Shown one piece after another: positions 1 to 12,625 of a stretch of DNA of 64,000 nucleotides. The stretch lies in the NCBI RefSeq assembly GCF_004010195.1, contig NC_057718.1, forward strand, positions 99,782,996 to 99,846,995. The letters are read 5' to 3'. The first letter of the stretch is position 1. The number at the start of each line of letters is the position of its first letter. The notes beneath the pieces are model-generated. The model had not been told where the DNA came from and did no database searches. It was given only the letters and a program-made list of their open reading frames with translations. Origin of the DNA: Chiloscyllium plagiosum (taxonomy: Eukaryota). A program made the translations under genes and the position numbers.

Positions 1-110
1 GTGGGTAAAGGGGTAAGGTGCCATGTGAGTAGGGGGTAAGGTGTCATGTGGGTAAAGGGGTTAGGTGTCATGTGGGTAGAGGACATAGGGAGATAGTGAG
101 TAGTGGGTAA
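1..110. repeat. Degenerate G-rich tandem repeat (about 22-23 bp unit, gtgggtaaaggggtaaggtgtcat-like), truncated by the window start
   Basis: Three to four imperfect copies are visible in 1-80, decaying afterwards. Confidence 0.6.
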
Positions 111-1298
111 CGTGCTGGATTGCAAGGAGGCAAGGGGCTCAGTCAGTGATGCTCTGTTTAAAGTAGGTCATATTAGGTGGGAGATGGTCAGGTTTGAGGG
201 TGCATCTAGTGGTTAGGTCTGGGTGGAGGGAGTTCCATGGTGGGCATAGTGGTATTGAGTCCTGAACATGGTGGGGAGACGTGGTCAGGTCAGGGTGTGG
301 GAAGCGGGGGGGCTGTAGGAAGTCTGGGGTGATGTAGTTGGGATACATGTAGTAACTTGTGGGAGGTGTTTGTTAAATAGTTTGTTTAATAGTTGTTCAG
401 GAGTTGGACCGAGGTTTTTTTCCTAACTTTTCCCAAGTGAGTGCCTAGTTTAGTTCAGCCATACCTTCAGTACTTTCGTGGTTTGCAGGTTTCTCCAGCA
501 GAGTCTTTGATTTCCCAGGGAATTCTCTCAGAGTCTGCACCACTGGGGATTCCATGGGGTCCCAATGCACAATTCCAATTTGTGCTTCAGGAGCTATTGG
601 CCATCAGACAATCTAATAAATGCTGTCTTTACGAAGTGACAAGGATCCTTTTTTTAAACAGCCTTCTGTACTTGTCCTACCAACCACAAAGATTTGTAAA
701 CAGCCACTACTTTCCTACTGTTCCGGTCCCCTGCCCTATTGTACAGTTTGGTTTCTGTCACCTTTTTGCAGTTGGCCTTGCTTCACGCTTGCCCTCGCAA
801 TGATCCTGTGTCTCTTTTTCCCATCAGCCTCTGTCCTCCTGAGGAATGTTATGATTCTTTTCCCATTAGGCTCAGTGAGAGAGATGTTTAGTTTCCTGGG
901 AGATATTGGGAATGGGTGGAAAGTGAATTTAAAACCCAGATTATATTGCAGGATCGACAGACTGAACGGTTTCCTTGTGTTTCTTAAATTCTTACTCTTT
1001 CTGCCTTCCTTATTGGAGGTTATTATTCCCACTTGGCTCTTGGAAGTGGGCATGTTGAGTTTGAATTTCTGGGCTGTGTTTTTTCAAAGATACCGCGGTA
1101 TAATGGGGGAATTTGAGTTTCCCCAACTGTACTGTGTGCAGCTTTCATCTCCTTACATATTAAAGGGTACATTAGTCTGGTCTAACGGCTTTGACTTTTT
1201 GTTTTTTCATTGTGGACTGAAATGGGAAAAGGACTATTTTACAAACTATTTTGAAAGCACAAGATTACTGTACTTTTTAAACACAAGTTGCCCAGTAT

Positions 1299-1358
1299 GT
1301 TTTTTTTATTTATTTTTTTTTCCACACTACCACCTAAGTGCGGTAGTGCTTATTTTAT
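1299..1358 (-). mobile_element. 60-bp 5'-truncated non-LTR retrotransposon tail with poly(A) and 13-bp TSD
   Basis: Direct repeat agttgcccagtat at 1286-1298 and 1359-1371. A T-rich tract at 1300-1321 is the minus-strand poly(A). A cactacc...ggtagtg stem-loop lies next to the tail. Confidence 0.75.
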
Positions 1359-1679
1359 AGTTGCCCAGTATTAACTGTGAATTGCTGTTTGTTCGATCAG
1401 TGGAAGAGAGGATGAGTTAGTGTGTACAAAGGGAGATCTGCCAGTAACACGGAGTTGATTGGTCCTGGAGTTGTTAATGACAATGACCTTTTGCTGGCCA
1501 ACAATGTGATTGGCTCCCAGGTAGCTGAACAGCTTGTGGATGTGAATGATTATTCAGAAGCCATTGGACCTGCACAGAGGAAGGAGCTGTCCTCCTCTCT
1601 GTAATAAAAGCCTGAACAAGCTAGTTTGTTTCCAAACGTCAGCTGCTGTAAGCTGTAACTCTTAACCAATATATCAGAG

Positions 1680-1930
1680 AGGATGGAAGGTATTGTCGCC
1701 AGGCTACAAATCGAGACACCCAGGTAATGTCCTGGGTTCAAATCCCACCACGGCAGAGAGTAGAGATCAAACTTTTTAAAGATGTGGAATTAAGAGTCTA
1801 ATGATGACTACAAAACTATCGTCGATTGTCATAAAAACACTTCGCTCACTAACGTCTGCCCTATTAATTACTGCGCTACAATGTGATTAACTCTGAACTA
1901 CCCTCAAAAATGGCCAGGTTCAATGACTTA
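1680..1930 (+). mobile_element. Old shark SINE (non-HE1 family), degenerate
   Basis: B-box-like gggttcaaatccc followed by a body shared with copies at about 13400-13750(-), 29590-29860(+), 49040-49340(-) and 63845-64000(-). Confidence 0.6.
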
Positions 1931-2029
1931 CTGAAATGCCTCAAAATCAGAATGAAAGCAGATGAGCCACCTGGCAGTGACTAAAGCACAGGAACCAATG
2001 CTGGCGAACTCAGCCGTGCCTACCATTGC

Positions 2030-3800
2030 GTGTTCCCCCCCCCGGCTAAGATTGGGAGGCCCTTCTCATGGACCAGTCAAACAACAGCCTGAACCATACC
2101 TTATGAATACAACATGTCCCAGACAGCACTATCATCGTCCCCAGGTATGTCCTGCCTTGCAGTGGAAGGACAGTGCCAGTGGAGTTGGTGGCACAGTGAT
2201 ATGTAGAAGTGAGTTGCCCTGGGGAGTTCTCAACATTAACTCCAGATATGTACTGTCCTTCCTGTCCGACATGGAGAAGCACTGATACATCAGCTCAGGA
2301 AGGACAGTGCCAGTGGAGTTGGTGGCACAGTGATATGTAGAAGTGAGTTGCCCTGGGGAGTTCTCAACATTAACTCCAGATATGTACTGTCCTTCCTCAG
2401 CTGATGTATCAGTGCTTCTCCATGTCGGACACCACTTGGAGGAGGCACTGAGGGTGACGAGGATGCAGAATGGCCCCTGGGTGGAGGACTTCAAGAGCGG
2501 CTCAGCAGCAGTACTATTGATCAATTTGGTCGGGCACTAAAGGACATCGCTGCTAGACTGAGTCTATGGCAGGTGATGAATGAACCAACAAGAGGGAAAA
2601 GCATACTTGACCTCACCTTTACTAATCTGCCGGCTGCAGATGTATCTGTCCATAACCGTATCAGTAAGAGTGACCACCGCAAGGTCCTTGTGGAAATCAA
2701 GTCCCATCTTTACAGTGAGAATACCCTCCATCGTGTTGTTATAGAGTTATAGCATTATAGAGATGTACAGCATGGAAACAGACCCTTCGGTCCAACCCGT
2801 CCATGCCAACCAGATATCCCAACCTAATCTAGTCCCACCTGCCAGCATCCGGCCCATATCCCTCCAAACCCTTCCTATTCATATACCCATCCAGATGCCT
2901 TTTAAACGTTGTAATTGTACCAGCCTCCACCACATCCTCTGGCAGTTCATTCCATACACGTACCACCCTCTGCGTGAAAAAGTTGCCCCTTAGGTCTCTT
3001 TTATATCTTTCCCCTCTCACCCTAAACCTATGCCGCCTCGTTCTGGACTTTCCCACCCCAGGGAAAAGACCTTGTCTATTCACCCTCTCCATGCCCCTTG
3101 TAATTTTATAAATCTCTACAAGGTCACCCCTCAGAATCCGACGCTCCAGGGAAAACAGCCCCAGCCGATTCAACGTGTGGCCCTCCATCATGTTGTGTGG
3201 CAGTGCCAAAGTGCTAAATGCAAATAGACCTAGCAACGCAGGACTGGGCATCCATGAGGTGCTGTGGACATCAAAACCAGCAGAAACATACTGCAGCACA
3301 CATCCCCCACATTACCATTACCATCAAGTAGGGGATCAGCCCTGGTTCAATGGAGAGTGCAGGAGGACATTCCAGGAGCAGCATCAGGCATACCGATAAA
3401 TGAGGTTTCAACTAGCATTTTCAATAAGTAATACAACTCCGCGATTCGAACACTATTGGATCAGATCTGAGTGAGGTCTGACCCTTCCTCAGAACAGGGC
3501 GACTCAGCTCCTGACCTTTTGAAACCTTGCTTCAGACAAGGATAAAGGAGCTGAATACCAGAGGTGAGGTATACATAACTGCACTTGACAGCAAGGTCAC
3601 CTTTGACTGGTTGTAGCTTGAATAAGTGCGAGCGAAATGAGTGTCAGTGGGAATTGGGGGGAAATCTCAGTGCTGATAGGAGTCATACCTGGCACAAAGG
3701 AAGATGGCTGTGGTTGTTGGAGCTCAATCATCTCAGCTCCAGGACATCTCTGCAGGAGTTCCTCAGGGCAGTGTCCTATCTTCAGCTGCATCATCAGTGA
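2030..3800 (+). mobile_element. Decayed CR1/L2-group LINE (AP-endonuclease to RT fragments), interrupted by a HER1 copy at 2739-3172
   Basis: 2580-2700 reads like an endonuclease C-terminus (EPTRGKSILDL...SKSDH). DQPWFNGECRR occurs at about 3335. The sequence resumes after the HER1 insert. Confidence 0.6.
2739..3172 (-). mobile_element. HER1/CR1-type LINE 3' fragment
   Basis: ORF 2829-3299(-) contains LNRLGLFSLERR..LRGDLVEIYK..RGNFFTQRVVRVWNELPEDVVEAGTITTFKRHLDGYM, typical of the CR1 ORF2 C-terminus. The (CTATGA)-like tail is at about 2740-2765. Confidence 0.9.
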
Positions 3801-3984
3801 CCTGGTGCATTAGTCAGGGCTAAATGTAGAGTAATAGGATAGGGAATGGGTCTGGGTGGGTTACTCCTCGGAGGGTCAGTCTGGACTTGTTGGGCCGAAG
3901 GGCTGAATTCCACACTGTAGGGATTCTATGATTTCTACGAAGATGCTTCTTAGACAGTTTTTTTAAACTTATGACCAGTTTAAA

Positions 3985-4262
3985 CTTCAAGGATAAGGGC
4001 CACAAACACATGGGAGCACCAGCACCACCTGTAAGTTCCCTGCCAAATTCCCAACCGTCTTGGAAATACATCATTGTTCACTGTCACTGGGTCAAAATCC
4101 TGCAACTCTCTCCCTGGAGGCGCTGTGGGTCTACTTACAGCACATGAACTGCAGCAGCTCATGAAGGCAGGCTCACTCCTACCTTCTCAAGGAGCAACTA
4201 GGGACAGGAAATAAATGCTGCCCCAGCCAGCGATGCCCATGTTGTACGAGTGAACAAGAAAA
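3985..4262 (+). mobile_element. 3' end of the CR1/L2-group LINE family
   Basis: The tail (caagg..actagggacagg..ataaatgctg..gccagcgatgccca) is shared with 44280-44530(-), 48027-48410(+), 51610-51880(+) and 37590-37715(+). Confidence 0.65.
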
Positions 4263-4274
4263 AAGTAACTTGCA

Positions 4275-4505
4275 TTAAGGAACAACTTTTTCACGCAGAG
4301 TGATACGTATATGGAATGAGTTGCCAGAGGATGTGGTGAAGGCTGGTACAATTGCAACATTTAAGAGGCATTTGGATGGGTATATGAATAGGAAGGGTTT
4401 GGAGGGATATGGGCCGGGTGCAGGCAAATGGGTTGGGATATCTGATCGGCATGGACGGGTTGAACCGAAGGGTCTGTTTCCATGCTGTACGCCTCTATGA
4501 CTCTA
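4275..4505 (+). mobile_element. HER1/CR1 3' fragment
   Basis: IWNELPEDVVKAGTIATFKRHLDGYMNRKGLEGYG followed by a ctctatgactctat tail. Confidence 0.9.
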
Positions 4506-5477
4506 TTTACAAAAAGACAGAAGAGTCTCTTAATGAGCAAGTGTGAAGCTGTGTGGAAGATGTCAGAGAATCTGTAAAGCTAATTTTAATTTTAGTTTGC
4601 TCAATGTGAAGGAGGGATGTATCAGTGAATATTCTGTTAAAGAGAAAGCATCTATGGCCTCCATTCCCAAAGAGCGTATAAATGGAAGATCTTTCTGTCT
4701 CATGTGGGAACAGCCTATCCACATCATGCCTCGCATCTGATCAAACATCAAACTCTTTTATAAAGATTACAAGCTTAAAACAAATCAGAATAACAGAACG
4801 TGCCTCTGATCAATTGTTCCCTCTTGATCTTCCCTTCCTAGTGTTACCAATAACCTCATGCCTGAGGTGCTGTGCGTAGGAAATCATGTAAATAAGGGAC
4901 TTTGTTAAAATATACAATGAGCTACTCGGGTAAAGTAAACATTTTGATAGGAAGTTAATTTACACCAGCAAATGTGTTTTTTTTCCGTTTGAATGGACCT
5001 TGAAACACCGCAGATGGTAATTGAGGTTTGATGGGGCTGTGACTGGTCAATTTTGGTGCTTCACATAAATATTTATTCTGCTGTCGCGTCTCACTAGTAG
5101 TTCTGCAATTATTTGGGGGCTATCAATTTTAATAGTGTAACGATTTGACTTGAATACATTTCCCCTTCTGTATTATCTCACGTTAAACAGACACAGGCTT
5201 TTTTTTAATTAAATCGTTCGCTGCTAAATGTATTTGTACAGCTCCCTTTTCCGTACCAGGTCATTTATCATGGTTAATGGAGCAAGATCAAAGTGATTTA
5301 AATTATCATTTTTCAGACGTGCTTAAAGTTAAAGATTGGCAGGGAGTTTGCTGGCTAGAGAATCGTGAGGAGTTCTTTCCTCAGTGAGCTCCGAATGCAG
5401 CTCACAGCTAAGGGGGCATGTGTCCTTTCTATTCTGAACTGAATAAAACCATTTCTCCTCTTCTTGGTCTGTCCCCC

Positions 5478-5570
5478 ATCCTGAGGAAGGGTCACCAGAC
5501 CCGAAAAGTTAGATTTCTCTTCACAGATGCTGCCAGACCTGCTGAGCTTGTCCAGCAATTTCTGCTTTGG
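5478..5570 (+). mobile_element. Penelope-like pseudo-LTR (pLTR) fragment, family B, with hammerhead-like core
   Basis: CTGAGGA-A-GGGTC-ACCA-GACCC-GAAA at 5481-5506, then the gatgctgccagacctgctgag tail shared with 20410 and 59311. Confidence 0.7.
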
Positions 5571-6016
5571 CTTCCTCAGGACTGAGGGTGACTTCCTTCC
5601 ACACTGGAGCTGCGGGTCTTAAGATGGCGCAGTAGGCGGATGCTGGAGGCATTTCCTCTGCCCTTGTGGCAACCAGTTGCCATGATGAAGATAAACATAC
5701 AACTGAGAAACAAGAGTAGGCCGCTAGGCCCATTGAGCATGCTCCGCCAAGACACAAGATCGTGGTTGATCTGATTTTAGCCTCCACTCTATACTCCTGT
5801 GTATCTCTGATACTTTTCATCCCTTTGGTCTCCAAGGATCTATCCCATTCTGCCTTAAAAATATTTAAAGATCCTGCATCTTTTGAGGAAGGGAATTCCA
5901 AAGATTCTCAACTTTCTCCTTCTATGTCATCCATTTCAGACAGTGTCACAAAATATTGACAGCTGTTGGCCCAAGGATTCTTTCAGTGCTGCTCTCCTCC
6001 CATCCCCCTTCATGAA

Positions 6017-6178
6017 ACCCCATCACCGTATCCATCTGTCCCCATCTCCGTATTCATCTGGCCCCATCTCCGTATCCATCTGTCCCCATCTCCATATCCA
6101 TCTGTCCCCATCTCCGTATCCATCTAACCCCATCGTCGTATCCATCTAACCCTATCGTCGTATCTATCTATCCCATCA
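6017..6178. repeat. Divergent 22-bp minisatellite (ccccatctccgtatccatctgt/aa), about 7 copies
   Basis: Directly visible; it is the reverse complement of the array at 6826-8430. Confidence 0.9.
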
Positions 6179-6536
6179 CTCCTGTCTTTGTGTTCTTCTC
6201 TCTTTTCCCCCTTCAGTGCATCTGTTTACTTGCGTCACTCCTTGTGGTAGCGAGGACCACATTCTCATCACCATCTGGGTAACAATGTTTCTCGTAAAGT
6301 TCCATCAGATTTACTAGTAACGGCCTTATATTTATGGCGCCATGTTTCAGTTTTACGTTTCAAGAAGGAGTTAGCTATAGTTCGTGAGGCTAAAGCAGTC
6401 AAAGCGAATAGAGAGAAAGCGGGAGCAGGGGACTGAGATGAGATCAGCCGTGATTAAACGGAATGGTGGAGCAGGCTGAAAGGGCTGAATGGCCTTCTTC
6501 TGTTCCAATTTTCTATGTTTTTACGTCTTGCCAGCA

Positions 6537-6766
6537 TAGAGTCACTGAGGTCTACAGCATTGTCCTTCGGCCAGACTTGCCGTCCAGTTTTCACATATAA
6601 ACTAGTCCCATTTGCTTGTGTTTGGTCCATATCCCTCCATGTACCTGTCCAAACGTTTCTTTAATGACAAAATTGTACTCAACTCCACCACTACCTGTTC
6701 CAGACACTTGTCACCCTCTGTGTGAAAAAAAAAACCATCTGGACCCTTTTGTATCTCTGCCCTTTC
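6537..6766 (-). mobile_element. HER1/CR1 3' fragment, left part (target of the L1 insertion; continues at 12796-13007)
   Basis: The HER1 tail and FFTQRV region join seamlessly to 12813-13007 once the L1 and one TSD copy are removed. Confidence 0.8.
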
Positions 6767-6825
6767 TTTTTTTTTATATCGATATTTTTATTAGAAATTT
6801 AACATTTTTACAAGTTTACAAAAAT

Positions 6826-8430
6826 ACGGTGATGGGGACAGATGGATACGGGGATGGGGTTAGATGGATACGGGGATGGGGTTAGATGGATACGGAGATG
6901 GATACAAGGATGGGGTTAGATGGATACAGGGATGGGGTTAGATGGATACAGGGATGGGGTTAGATGGATACGGGGATGGGGTTAGATGGATACGGAGATG
7001 GGGTTAGATGGATACGGAGATGGGGTTAGATGGATACGGAGATGGGGTTAGATGGATACGGAGATGGGGTTAGATGGATACGGAGATGGGGTTAGATGGA
7101 TACGGAGATGGGGTTAGATGGATACGGAGATGGGGTTAGATGGATACGGAGATGGGGTTAGATGGATACGGAGATGGGGTTAGATGGATACGGAGATGGG
7201 GTTAGATGGATACGGAGATGGGGTTAGATGGATACGGAGATGGGGTTAGATGGATACGGAGATGGGGTTAGATGGATACGGAGATGGGGTTAGATGGATA
7301 CGGAGATGGGGTTAGATGGATACGGAGATGGGGTTAGATGGATACGGAGATGGGGTTAGATGGATACGGAGATGGGGTTAGATGGATACGGAGATGGGGT
7401 TAGATGGATACGGAGATGGGGTTAGATGGATACGGAGATGGGGTTAGATGGATACGGAGATGGGGTTAGATGGATACGGAGATGGGGTTAGATGGATACG
7501 GAGATGGGGTTAGATGGATACGGAGATGGGGTTAGATGGATACGGAGATGGGGTTAGATGGATACGGAGATGGGGTTAGATGGATACGGAGATGGGGTTA
7601 GATGGATACGGAGATGGGGTTAGATGGATACGGAGATGGGGTTAGATGGATACGGAGATGGGGTTAGATGGATACGGAGATGGGGTTAGATGGATACGGA
7701 GATGGGGTTAGATGGATACGGAGATGGGGTTAGATGGATACGGAGATGGGGTTAGATGGATACGGAGATGGGGTTAGATGGATACGGAGATGGGGTTAGA
7801 TGGATACGGAGATGGGGTTAGATGGATACGGAGATGGGGTTAGATGGATACGGAGATGGGGTTAGATGGATACGGAGATGGGGTTAGATGGATACGGAGA
7901 TGGGGTTAGATGGATACGGAGATGGGGTTAGATGGATACGGAGATGGGGTTAGATGGATACGGAGATGGGGTTAGATGGATACGGAGATGGGGTTAGATG
8001 GATACGGAGATGGGGTTAGATGGATACGGAGATGGGGTTAGATGGATACGGAGATGGGGTTAGATGGATACGGAGATGGGGTTAGATGGATACGGAGATG
8101 GGGTTAGATGGATACGGAGATGGGGTTAGATGGATACGGAGATGGGGTTAGATGGATACGGAGATGGGGTTAGATGGATACGGAGATGGGGTTAGATGGA
8201 TACGGAGATGGGGTTAGATGGATACGGAGATGGGGTTAGATGGATACGGAGATGGGGTTAGATGGATACGGAGATGGGGTTAGATGGATACGGAGATGGG
8301 GTTAGATGGATACGGAGATGGGGTTAGATGGATACGGAGATGGGGTTAGATGGATACGGAGATGGGGTTAGATGGATACGGAGATGGGGTTAGATGGATA
8401 CGGAGATGGGGTTAGATGGATACGGAGATG
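6826..8430. repeat. Near-perfect 22-bp tandem array (gatggatacggagatggggtta)n, about 72 copies; possibly an assembly gap-fill
   Basis: Period 22 read directly. Copies after about 6990 appear invariant. Confidence 0.95.
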
Positions 8431-11265
8431 CCCCAGCTGAAATCCCCATGCTTCCACTATTGGAGCATAGGGGGATATTTTATGTGAGTTGCCCTCATTT
8501 TGCCGCATTATATTCCAAGCTTTAATTGTGTTTAGTATTATAGGGTTTTTACAGTGATCCGTACTGATTTTCCTCTTGTCTGGAAATAAAAGGTTAATAA
8601 GTGGGCATTTTACTTGAGAAGCTTCGATGTCCAGCCAGATTGATTGTGGGTCAGATAAGATATGTAACTTAATAGGGAACTTAACTGATATTTCCTAAAG
8701 TCTGGGAAGTCCAATCCTCCCCTTGCCTGTGGAAGCTGTAGCTTCTTCAACTTAATGAGGGGCCGTCTATGATTCCAGATAAAGGAACCCAACCAGACAT
8801 ATAATTTACGTAGTGCCAGCCTTGGCAGCATCACCAGAAGCATTCTCACAGGGTATAGGAGACAGGGCAGGACATTCATTTTAATTAGTGCTATTCTACC
8901 CAGCCAGGAAATTGGAAGGTCTCCCCATCGCTGGAGGTCCTGCCTTATCCTTTCCAGTAAATGCACAAAGTTAGCCTTGTATAACTGACCAAATACTGGG
9001 GTAATAAAAATGCCTAAATATAAGAAACCCTCCAGGGACCAATGAAAGGGAAAGTGGGATCCGTCCACTAAGTAGGGTATCATAGCAAGGCCGCCCATTG
9101 TCATAGACCCCGATTTTGAGAAATTAATTTTATAGCCTGAGAATGCGCTAAATGTATTAATAACTTGGATTAGGCGAGGTACGTACATCAAAGGATTACT
9201 GAGGAATAGAAGAATATCATCTGCATAAAGGGTAATTTTATGTTTACCTGTACCAATCCTCGGGGCCATTATATTAGGATCAGCCCGTATAGCTTCTGCT
9301 AGTGGTTCAATTATTAGCATAAATAATAATGGTGAGAGCGGACATCCCTGATGGCAGCCCCTACCCACACTGAAGCTATCCGAACCTAATCCGTTGGTAA
9401 CCACAACTGCTTTGGGATCACTATACAATGTTGAGACCATTTGGTAAACACCTTTCCAACGCCAAACCTTTCCAATGTGTAAAACAAATATGACCATTCA
9501 ACCCTATCGAATGCTTTTTCTGCGTCTAATGAAACCACTACTCCTGGTATCTTTCCCTGATGGCAGGCTTGAATCATATTCAAAGCCCTTCTAATATTAT
9601 TGGATGATCTACGGCCCTTAATAAACCCCGTCTGATCCTCCTTTATAATATGTGGCAGTACCCTTTCTAGTCTCGATGCTAATGTTTTAGAAAGGATTTT
9701 AAAATCTACATTTAGCAAGGATATTGGTCTGTATGACGTACAATCTTCTTTTTCAAGGATAAGAGAGATATTTGCCTCTTTCAGTGAAGGCGGGAGACAG
9801 CCCTGACTATATGCATAGTTATACATGTCCATAAGTGGACCAGCCAATATGTCTGTAAATTCTTTATAGAATTCAGCTTGAAAACCATCTGGGCCAGGTG
9901 TCTTACCGCTCTGAAGTTGCCTGATTGCGTCTATTATTTCTTGGACTGTTAGGGGAACATTTAAGACTGATACCTGTTCCGGAGTTAGGCCCGGAAAAGT
10001 CAAATTTTTAAAAAATGATTGCATCCTCCTAGTCCTGTCTTCACAATTCTGCGATTTATATAAATCAGAATAAAATTTTCTAAAGATTGCATTAATCTTT
10101 TTATGACCATGAGTCAAAATACCCGTACTTTCCTTGATCAAAGTGATAGTTTCAGGGGCCTTTTTTTTCTTTGCAAGAAATGCTAAGTATCTACCCGGTT
10201 TGTTGCCAAATTCATAGAACCTTTGTTTTGCAAATAATATTTCCCTCTTAGCCGTTTGGGTAAGCGTAGTGTTTAGAGCTGTCCTAAGGGCCGTAATCCT
10301 TTGCAATTTAATTATAGAAGGTCTATCAGCGTATGCTGTTTCAGCTGCTTTTAAGCGAGCTTCGAGCAGACGCTGTTGTTCTCCCTTTACTTTTGTCTGG
10401 GTCACTGATCAAACCTCGCGTGTAAGCTTTGATGGTCTCCCACATCATTGATAGGTTGCTAGCTGTACCTAAATTAATTTCTAAAAAAGTTTTAAATTCT
10501 TGAGAGAAGTACTTTACAAATTTACTGTCTTTCATTAGGAAGGGGTCCGTACGCTAATGCCGAGGGGATGTCCCGTTGTTCCTCGCCTTGGTTTCCATAT
10601 ATACGGCAGCATGATTAGAAATTGCTATACTATCTATTTTACAGGATGATATGGAATTTTAAAAAATTGAGGGGACAAAAAACATATCAATTCTGGTATG
10701 ACATTTATGTGGATTAGAGTAAAAAGAAAAATCTCTGCCCTGTGGATGAAGACATCTCCATACATCTACTAATCCTAATTCTTTGTTCAGATCCACCAAT
10801 TGTCTAGATCTAGGAGATACTCCTGCAGTACTCTTGGGAATCCTATCTATTTCCGGATCCATAATACAATTAAAGTCTCCCCTATAATTGTATGACGGGC
10901 ACCAAGAGCCATCAATATTGAGAAGGCTTCCGTTATAAATATAAAGGGGTGTGCCGGGGGGGGGGCAGTACAAATTTAAAATCCCATATTCCTCTCCATT
11001 TATAAGGGCTTTAATCAGAATATATCATCCAGATTCGTCTTTTATCTGATTTAGGATTTTGAAAGGGAAATTCTTCCGAACAAGAATAACAAATCTACCC
11101 TGTTGTAATTTCAAGTGTTCTTTATTCAACAGGTGTGTCTCCTGTAGGGAGAGCTATATCAACTCTTTCTTTCTTAAGATTTGATAATATTTCCTTCCTT
11201 TTGACTGGCGAATTACTCCCCTTGACATTCCAGGTGCACCACTTAACCGACTTATCAACCATAAT
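8431..11265 (-). pseudogene. L1 ORF2 (AP endonuclease + reverse transcriptase), frameshifted, C-terminus missing
   Basis: Endonuclease motifs TWNVKG, GDFN and TRIDMFF. RT motifs PGPDG, YRPISLLNVDFKILSK, SLDAEKAFDRVEW, QGCPLSPLLF and LYADD. These are spread over track ORFs 11122-11343, 10659-10973, 10341-10535, 9386-10405 and 8610-9497. Confidence 0.95.
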
Positions 11266-11779
11266 CATCTGGGCAAATCCGAGACCCCTCGGGAGGGGAA
11301 ACCCTATCCAGAACATCCCGAGCATAGAGCATATAAAATTCACAAAAATAAAGCCTCTCTAATACACTCACAACAGTGTAATAAAAAACTATTTCTAAAT
11401 AATAAAAAAAATGTATTTAAATGGAGATTTTCCCCCTTCTTCCCAGGGGGTGTCACTTCCTTTCCAAAGGTCCATCGTATCCACTCCCAACAAATGCCCC
11501 ACCCTTGACCCAGGCGCTCCTCAATAGGATGAGGAGAATTCAGATATAATACAAAGCTAGAGTTAACAGTGAGCACCCCACCCCCACCCACACCAACACA
11601 TAATAAAATAAAACAACCCCAAGGGGGGGAGAAAATCATTAAATAGAGAACAAATAAATAAATCCCTCTCCCCACCCCCCAAGATAATATTAAACAGTAA
11701 GGTAAGAAAAAATAAAAAATGGGGGGATATAAACCGGAGTGGGGGAAAGGCAAATCAACATCCATTATCTCTTACAATT

Positions 11780-12625
11780 TATCTAAGAGAGTCCAAAAAT
11801 TCCTTAGCCTTTTCTGGCGATCCGAAGTTATACACATCCTTCATGGTTAAAGCGTAGCGTCGCTGGGTAGCCTGAGGAGTACTGAATATTTAAGTCCCTT
11901 AAACACTTCTTCGCCTCATCGAATGCCTTCCTCTTTCGGACCAGAGCTGGGGAAAAGCCCTGGAATAACATGATCTTGGATCCTTTATAGATCATGGCTT
12001 GGGAATCTTTTCCAAGATTTCTAGAGGCTTCTAGGAGTACCTGCCTCTCTCTTTAGCTCTGCAGCCGGAACAGGACCGGGCGGGGACGCTGGTTCGAGCC
12101 GGGCCCGCGTATTGCGACCCGGTAGGCCCGTTCCACCCCTACCTGGCCTGATCCAGCCTCCAGATTTAAAAGCTGTGGCAGCCACTGCTGGAGGAACGCT
12201 GTAAGCTGGCCTTCCTCTTCCCGTTCGGGAAGGCCCAGCAAACGAATATTTTTTCGGCGACCTCGATTATCGAGGTCATCAGTGTAATTCTCTAAGGTCC
12301 GGACTCGCTGTTTGAGAGTCCGGACCTGATCCATGGCCGATTGCGCTGTAGTTTCGGAGGTTGCGGCCTTTAGCTCTGCCCCTCCGACTCGGCGCTCGAT
12401 TTCTTTAATGTCTCGGTCGTGCTTTTGCAGCGCGGCCGAGAGTGAGTCCCATCGACTTCGGGATTCTTCAATAAAAGCGTTGATCTTCGCATCCAGTTTG
12501 GAGATGATTTCCATGAGGCTCGCCACCATAGGGTAAGTCCCCCGGGGCGGCTGCGGACACCTCTGCTGCAGCTGGGGAGGGGTTCCTGCTTGCTGAGAGC
12601 TGCGGGCTCCCTTCCCTTTAGACAT
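11780..12625 (-). pseudogene. L1 ORF1 (coiled coil + RRM, Transposase_22-like), disrupted
   Basis: ORF 12053-12625 has a coiled coil, then LENYTDDLDNRGRRKNIRLLGLPEREE...ERAYRV...PRPVLFRL, typical of L1 ORF1p. A C-terminal part continues beyond the stop toward about 11780. Confidence 0.9.

Noticed and set aside
620..1360. 246-aa hydrophobic ORF as a membrane-protein gene
   Set aside because: It has a non-ATG-context, T-rich composition with no recognisable domain, and its end runs through a retro-insertion poly(T).
6826..8430. CRISPR-like or telomeric array
   Set aside because: The units are head-to-tail with no unique spacers and there are no cas genes. GGGTTAG occurs only once per 22-mer, so this is not (TTAGGG)n.
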